Assembly (NCBI GenBank): GCA_001599295.1
Contig: BCGN01000006.1
Coordinates: 1,054,001 to 1,118,000, forward strand
Length of the DNA: 64,000 nucleotides
DNA from: Sporopachydermia quercuum
Lineage: Eukaryota
Direction: 5' to 3'
A program made the position numbers and the translations under genes. Below are positions 59,378 to 64,000 of the stretch, piece after piece. Each line of letters opens with the position of its first letter. Position 1 is the stretch's first letter. Below the pieces are notes generated by a model, which saw only the letters and a program-made list of their open reading frames with translations, did no database searches and was not told where the DNA came from.

Positions 59378-61912
59378 ATGTCCGCTCGTGTGTACCCTGA
59401 TGTCAACAGGGAGCGAGCTGAAGAAAGAATGAGGCAGGCAGCAGAAGCAGCGGCAAACTCAAATTCAGCTCGCGGAGGGAACGGAAAACCAGATTTCGAT
59501 CCTGCGAAGGAATATGCCCGTTTACTGGAGCTCAAGTCTGGTGGAAGATATGTTCCTCCTGCTAAGCTGAACGCCCTGTTAGCTCAAATGGACATGTCTA
59601 AGTCGTCTAAAGAGTATCAACGAATTCAATGGGATAAACTCAAAAAGGGCATCAATGGTTGCGTAAATAAGGTAAACAAGTCGAATTTAAAAACCATTTT
59701 ACTAGAAATATTCAAATGGAATATAATCAGAGGTCGTGGGCTTTTCACCCGTAGCTTAATCAAAGCTCAATCTCTTAGTTTATCATATACACCTATCTAT
59801 GCAGCATTAGTAGCAGCAGTTAATTCCAAACTACCAATCATTGGCGAGCTTCTTGTTAAACGACTGGTGATCCAATTTCGCAAAGGATATAAACGTGATG
59901 ATAAGAAACTATGTATTAGTTCTACAATCTTTCTGGCTCAATTATGCAATCAACAGGTAGTTCATGAAGTACTTATTCTACAGATGCTGCATTTACTATT
60001 AGAAAAGCCAACTGACGATTCTGTTGAAATTTCTGTTGCCTTAATGAAGGAGGTCGGCTTATACCTGTCAGAAGCTTCTTCGGCTGCAACCAATGTGGTC
60101 TTTGAACGCCTAAGAACTGTTCTTCATGAAGGGCTTCTTAGTAAAAGAGTACAGTATATGATCGAGGTGTTATTCCAAACCAGAAAAGAAGGCTACAAGG
60201 ATTACCCTATTGTTCAGGATGGATTGGACATAGTAGACAATGATAATGATGATTTATCTCCTCATATGATTAGTTTAGACGATAAGCTTAATGGAGAAGA
60301 AACGTTGAATGTGTTTAAATTCGATGAGGACTACGAAGAGAACGAGAAGATGTATTCTTTGCTATCGCAGGAGATATTTGATTCTCTGAATTTTGGGGCT
60401 GACGAACTAACAAATGATGACAGTGTGAATGCTAATTCTCAGCAAGAAGGTAGTAATATATATGATTCTAGTACAGCAGTATCAGTTAGTTCTATAGAAG
60501 GACAGGATAAGAAGGATCATTATACTACTGATATTACTACTGATAATAGTACCAGTAATACTATCACGACATCAAACCAAACAGCACCAAGCATGCAAAT
60601 CAAAGACCTAACGTCAACCGAGAAAACAAACCTACGTAAACTTGTCTATCTGACATTACAGTCTGCCATGTCTGATGAAGAAGCTTCTCATAAGCTTCTC
60701 AAGATCAAATTTCCCCCAGGACATGAAATAGANCTAGCCAAAATGCTCGTGGAATGCTGTTCGCAAGAGAAAGCCTATTCCAAATATTACGGCAGGATCG
60801 GCGAGAAGTTTTGCCGCTTGAACAGAAACTGGGAGGAAATGTTTGCTGACACGTTTAGAAACACATACGAAACGGTGCATAGACTCAATTCCAACCAAAT
60901 CAGGAACGTGGCGGGTTTCTTCGGCCATTTACTTGCATCTGACGCTTTAAACTGGACTGTTTTGGATTGCGTGGTGATTTCTGAAACGGCCACTACTTCC
61001 TCTTCTAGAATCTTTCTTAAACACATGTTTGCTCAAATGGTGGAAGAGTTAGGTATTCCCGAGGTAAAATCCAGGCTAGAGGAAGAGTTCATTCAACCAT
61101 ATATTGCCGGAATTTTCCCNATGGATAAAACGTATTCTAAGGAAAGATTGACTGACACTAGGTTTAGTATCAATTTCTTTACAGCTATAGGCTGTGGACA
61201 GTTTACTGAAGGAATGCGAGAGTATCTAAGGAGTGTGCCGCCTGAACCGGAGTCAGAATCGGAGTCAGAATCGGAGTCGGAATCGGAGTCAGAATCGGAG
61301 TCAGAATCGGAGTTAGAATCTGATTACGATGGGGAGAAAGAAATCTTAAAGCATGGGTCAGAGTCAGACACTGAAAATAGACGTCTCGGACGCGGGAGAA
61401 GCATTACACCTCCAGGAAGATACATAGAGGAACGAAGACAGAGCATAGATAGGAATGGAAACAGAACCAGAAGTAGAAGTAATGACTACTTCTCTGATGA
61501 TAGGTATACTCAGTATGGCAGAGATGGGAATAGATCTAGATCGGTAACACCAAGAAGCAGAACTCCAGAAAGAGCTCCAAGAGTGAAAAAGGAGCCAAAC
61601 GAAAATTATCCAAGGACGAATCATAGTTACCAAGGATACGACTCGCGTGGATACGATAATAGGGATGCTGATAGATACGACCACAACAGAAGAAGTTATA
61701 ATGATAGGAATACGATAGAAGTCAAAGAAGAACCAATTGAAGATAACAAAAGCCGTGACAATCTTCTCAGATCTCTCAGTCCCGTGAGAATTAAAGCTGA
61801 GAATGATTTAGATCAGTCTAAGGTAAAAAAGGAGCATCAGAAAACAGAAGCTGATGAACATGATGACCAACAACCAAGACGTAAGAGAATGAGGGCAGTT
61901 GATTTATACTAG
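59378..61912 (+). CDS. CWC22: Pre-mRNA splicing factor Cwc22
   Basis: GGRYVPPAKL; MIF4G (YQRIQWDKLKKGINGCVNKVN...RGRGLF); MA3 (ECCSQEKAYSKYYG...TTSSSRIF...RFSINFFTAIG); RS-like C-terminal tail. Confidence 0.96.
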   Translation: MSARVYPDVNRERAEERMRQAAEAAANSNSARGGNGKPDFDPAKEYARLLELKSGGRYVPPAKLNALLAQMDMSKSSKEYQRIQWDKLKKGINGCVNKVNKSNLKTILLEIFKWNIIRGRGLFTRSLIKAQSLSLSYTPIYAALVAAVNSKLPIIGELLVKRLVIQFRKGYKRDDKKLCISSTIFLAQLCNQQVVHEVLILQMLHLLLEKPTDDSVEISVALMKEVGLYLSEASSAATNVVFERLRTVLHEGLLSKRVQYMIEVLFQTRKEGYKDYPIVQDGLDIVDNDNDDLSPHMISLDDKLNGEETLNVFKFDEDYEENEKMYSLLSQEIFDSLNFGADELTNDDSVNANSQQEGSNIYDSSTAVSVSSIEGQDKKDHYTTDITTDNSTSNTITTSNQTAPSMQIKDLTSTEKTNLRKLVYLTLQSAMSDEEASHKLLKIKFPPGHEIXLAKMLVECCSQEKAYSKYYGRIGEKFCRLNRNWEEMFADTFRNTYETVHRLNSNQIRNVAGFFGHLLASDALNWTVLDCVVISETATTSSSRIFLKHMFAQMVEELGIPEVKSRLEEEFIQPYIAGIFXMDKTYSKERLTDTRFSINFFTAIGCGQFTEGMREYLRSVPPEPESESESESESESESESESESELESDYDGEKEILKHGSESDTENRRLGRGRSITPPGRYIEERRQSIDRNGNRTRSRSNDYFSDDRYTQYGRDGNRSRSVTPRSRTPERAPRVKKEPNENYPRTNHSYQGYDSRGYDNRDADRYDHNRRSYNDRNTIEVKEEPIEDNKSRDNLLRSLSPVRIKAENDLDQSKVKKEHQKTEADEHDDQQPRRKRMRAVDLY
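61250..61321 (+). repeat. Coding tandem repeat, about 6 x GAGTCAGAATCG, encoding (ES)n in CWC22
   Basis: A 12-bp unit with single substitutions, read directly. Confidence 0.9.
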
Positions 61913-62529
61913 CAAAGTTGGCCGAATGATGAGAAAATCATTTTCTAATTTAACAGTTCTGGAGAGAAAAGCGAATGTACTATGCATAATGTATTACTAC
62001 TTTAATTAGCATACAAATAATAGAATTTTTAATTGCTGTAGCTTCAACAGACATAGACAGGTATGATCAACCACCCGTACTATTACATGTAAAGTGCATA
62101 CTTTTTCATGCATGAATTATGCATATATTTAAGTATATGCACACCTTATTTCAGACCCTAAACACCAACTCTAATATTGGAAACTTCATTGTAAGAGCAA
62201 ACCCTATTTTTATTCCTTTTATCGCGTTACGTTAACCCATGTTAACCTATGAATTATNCCTTCTAATCAATTAAATAACATCCAGTAAAATAGTGTTTAA
62301 ATATGTAAGTCATGCAATNCTACTGCATAAACAAATACTGAACACGCCTTATTACTACGGCTCAAACGATTTGCAGATTCGTCTAATTCCAGCAGGTTAT
62401 CTACGATTCTGGCCTTTCTTTCCCCATGTCAATCCTGTCATACCCTGTCCTAAANATTGATTAGTTAAGCAAAGTTCTTAGGTGATACAGGCTAACTTAT
62501 ATATATATTTCTTTATTCTCACTCTTAGA

Positions 62530-63153
62530 ATGACAGGAAACACCAGGAAAAGAACTCTGCAAGATGAAGAAGAAAATAGGGAGATAGAAAACATGGATAG
62601 AGCATTCGCAGCTTACTATAAAACAGGATCACTGATAACCAAACAAGTACCCGCTTTACAAGATTCAAGAGCTGATGCTTTGGCCACAGTACCATTAGGA
62701 CTTCCAAACAGAAAAATGAACATTCAGGAAGCTACAATTGACTCAAGAGAAGGACCTGTTGCACCTTTGGGCGTTAATCTACTGAAAACCAACAGTTCAG
62801 GCAATATTCAGAAGCGAGGCAAAGGAAGACCTGCCTCTGACCTATCACAGGAACTGAAAGTCATGAAAAGAAGGGAGCAGCTAAGGGAGGCTCAGAAAAA
62901 CTACAGGAAACGGGCAGGTAAGCAAACCGAGACAAATATTAAGCTGCAGGAAGAAAATAGTAGACTGAAAGAGCTTTTAACGAGAATAAGCAAAGCACAA
63001 CTTGATTTATTCAAGGAAGAACTCAGTAGATTATCAACAGATGACGGGGACGAAAAGCAGAAATTAATAGACTCAATAGCCGATATTCAGCAGAGGATTT
63101 TAACTGAGGTTACATTAATAGAAAGTTTTGACGGGTCATCCACAGCAGCATAA
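62530..63153 (+). CDS. Fungal bZIP-like transcription factor, about 207 aa; probable 5'-UTR intron 62305-62528
   Basis: KGRP...KRREQLREAQKNYRKR basic region and a short zipper (IKLQEENSRLKELL). GTAAGT at 62305, GCTAAC at 62491 and TTAG at 62528, just before the ATG. Confidence 0.75.
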   Translation: MTGNTRKRTLQDEEENREIENMDRAFAAYYKTGSLITKQVPALQDSRADALATVPLGLPNRKMNIQEATIDSREGPVAPLGVNLLKTNSSGNIQKRGKGRPASDLSQELKVMKRREQLREAQKNYRKRAGKQTETNIKLQEENSRLKELLTRISKAQLDLFKEELSRLSTDDGDEKQKLIDSIADIQQRILTEVTLIESFDGSSTAA

Positions 63154-63234
63154 TTACAGTAATAGAATGAATTATGTATACATATTAACGAGCAATTAAC
63201 GAGTAATTAACAGCAATGAAGTATCTATATACTG

Positions 63235-63807
63235 TTAATAATCAATCAATCGATCCAAAATATGAAGGTTATCGATCAAAAAACTTGCGGCTTTAGAAGC
63301 AGCAACCTTTTTATTTATATCAAAAGCATAAACAACGGGCTTTTTCTCTACCAAAATCGTACATTTACAACAGAATATTTTTCCCTTCACAGGTTCATAA
63401 AGTAATTCGGCGGACTGATCTTCTTAACCCCCAAATGTGCATATAAGATATTCCTGGCATCGTTATTTATCTCCTGGTTTTCAGGTACTTACTGCTAAAT
63501 TCAGTGAATTACTAAAGGAAATATCAGAATCTGCCATGCTTTCAGAGTAATCACTATTGGAATCAAATTCATCAATATTCCCAATGGTGTCACTATGATA
63601 CTTATCTAGTGAATCCCTGTTCTCCCTCTCATTTTCTTCTATGTATGGAAGGTAAAGCTTTGATTGGTCTGAATAATCCAATAAGCTCTCTTTATAACCG
63701 AATTATACAACAGTATCAGTATCAGATTTAGCTGACATATATTTCAATAGTCTTGGAAGTTTGGCTTTATTTTTACTCTTCATATGACCAGTTCCATACT
63801 GTTCAAC
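63235..63807 (-). pseudogene. Decayed continuation of the same gene: linker plus a second (Dicer-type) dsRBD
   Basis: The same frame continues past the TAG (VEQYG...) and through TAA 63705-63703. A shifted frame then gives INNDARNILYAHLGVKKISP, and the original frame resumes with ELLYEPV..FCCKCTI...VYAFDINKKVAASKAASFL...DY*, stopping at 63237-63235. Confidence 0.75.
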
Positions 63808-64000
63808 CTAATTGTTTGCTTTCTTTAATGCATTCATTGCTGCTCTAGTACTAGCATCTTTTATGCTATTGCCCGTACCTATTCCTATTACGTTATCATC
63901 CATTCTGCACTCAACAACAGTTGCAAGTCTCATGCCATCACCTTGAGCGACCGTTTCATATTTTGGTGCAAGGTTTGGGCATGCTATCAAGTTATATAGT
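63808..64000 (-). CDS. 3' end of an RNT1/DCR1-family RNase III gene (dsRBD1); it starts beyond the window's right edge
   Basis: LYNLIACPNLAPKYETV...VVECRMDDNVIGIGTGNSIKDASTRAAMNAL closely follows the yeast Rnt1/Dcr1 dsRBD (LYSLIG...VECRV...GTGVGRNIK.A..RAA.NAL). The frame stops at TAG 63810-63808. Confidence 0.8.
   Translation of the reverse strand, partial: LYNLIACPNLAPKYETVAQGDGMRLATVVECRMDDNVIGIGTGNSIKDASTRAAMNALKKANN

Noticed and set aside
63474..63492. GTAAGT...CAG mini-intron that would repair the first frameshift
   Set aside because: It is only 19 nt with no branch point, and it cannot remove the upstream stops or the second frameshift.
63703..63810. Stop-codon reassignment or readthrough explaining the in-frame TAG and TAA in the RNase III gene
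   Set aside because: TAG and TAA end ordinary genes here (YPT35, CWC22, FBP1, SEC61), and frameshifts accompany the stops.

Overview
Eukaryotic DNA from an AT-rich budding yeast (Saccharomycotina). It uses the standard genetic code (CTG = Leu at conserved positions), has short spliceosomal introns, and keeps a complex I assembly factor, so it probably lies outside Saccharomycetaceae and the CUG-reassigned clades (inference). The window holds about 24 protein-coding loci and one intron-containing tRNA-Pro(AGG). In order: RRP5 (5' part), MXR1/MsrA, AMMECR1 family, GlcNAc-kinase-like hexokinase, a 4-exon MEH1/EGO1 not assembled by the ORF track, RSC4-like, a small spliced orphan, FBP1, MCH1, SEC61, tRNA-Pro, a type II flavin monooxygenase, a GH85 ENGase, an RRM+YTH protein, YPT35, an orphan coiled-coil protein, a membrane J-like protein lacking HPD, NDUFAF2, HOC1, an SDR, UBP15, CAB4, CWC22, a bZIP factor and the 3' end of an RNT1/DCR1-family RNase III gene. 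The most striking item is that last gene. Its first dsRBD is intact, but the frame then hits a TAG, and the linker plus a Dicer-type second dsRBD survive only as a decayed relic (two nonsense codons, two frameshifts). Other notable items: a possible dual-frame alternative exon in MEH1, three predicted 5'-UTR introns, and N positions that look like blockwise heterozygosity. No transposon, CRISPR array or rRNA was recognised. All family calls come from motif recognition by eye, not database searches.
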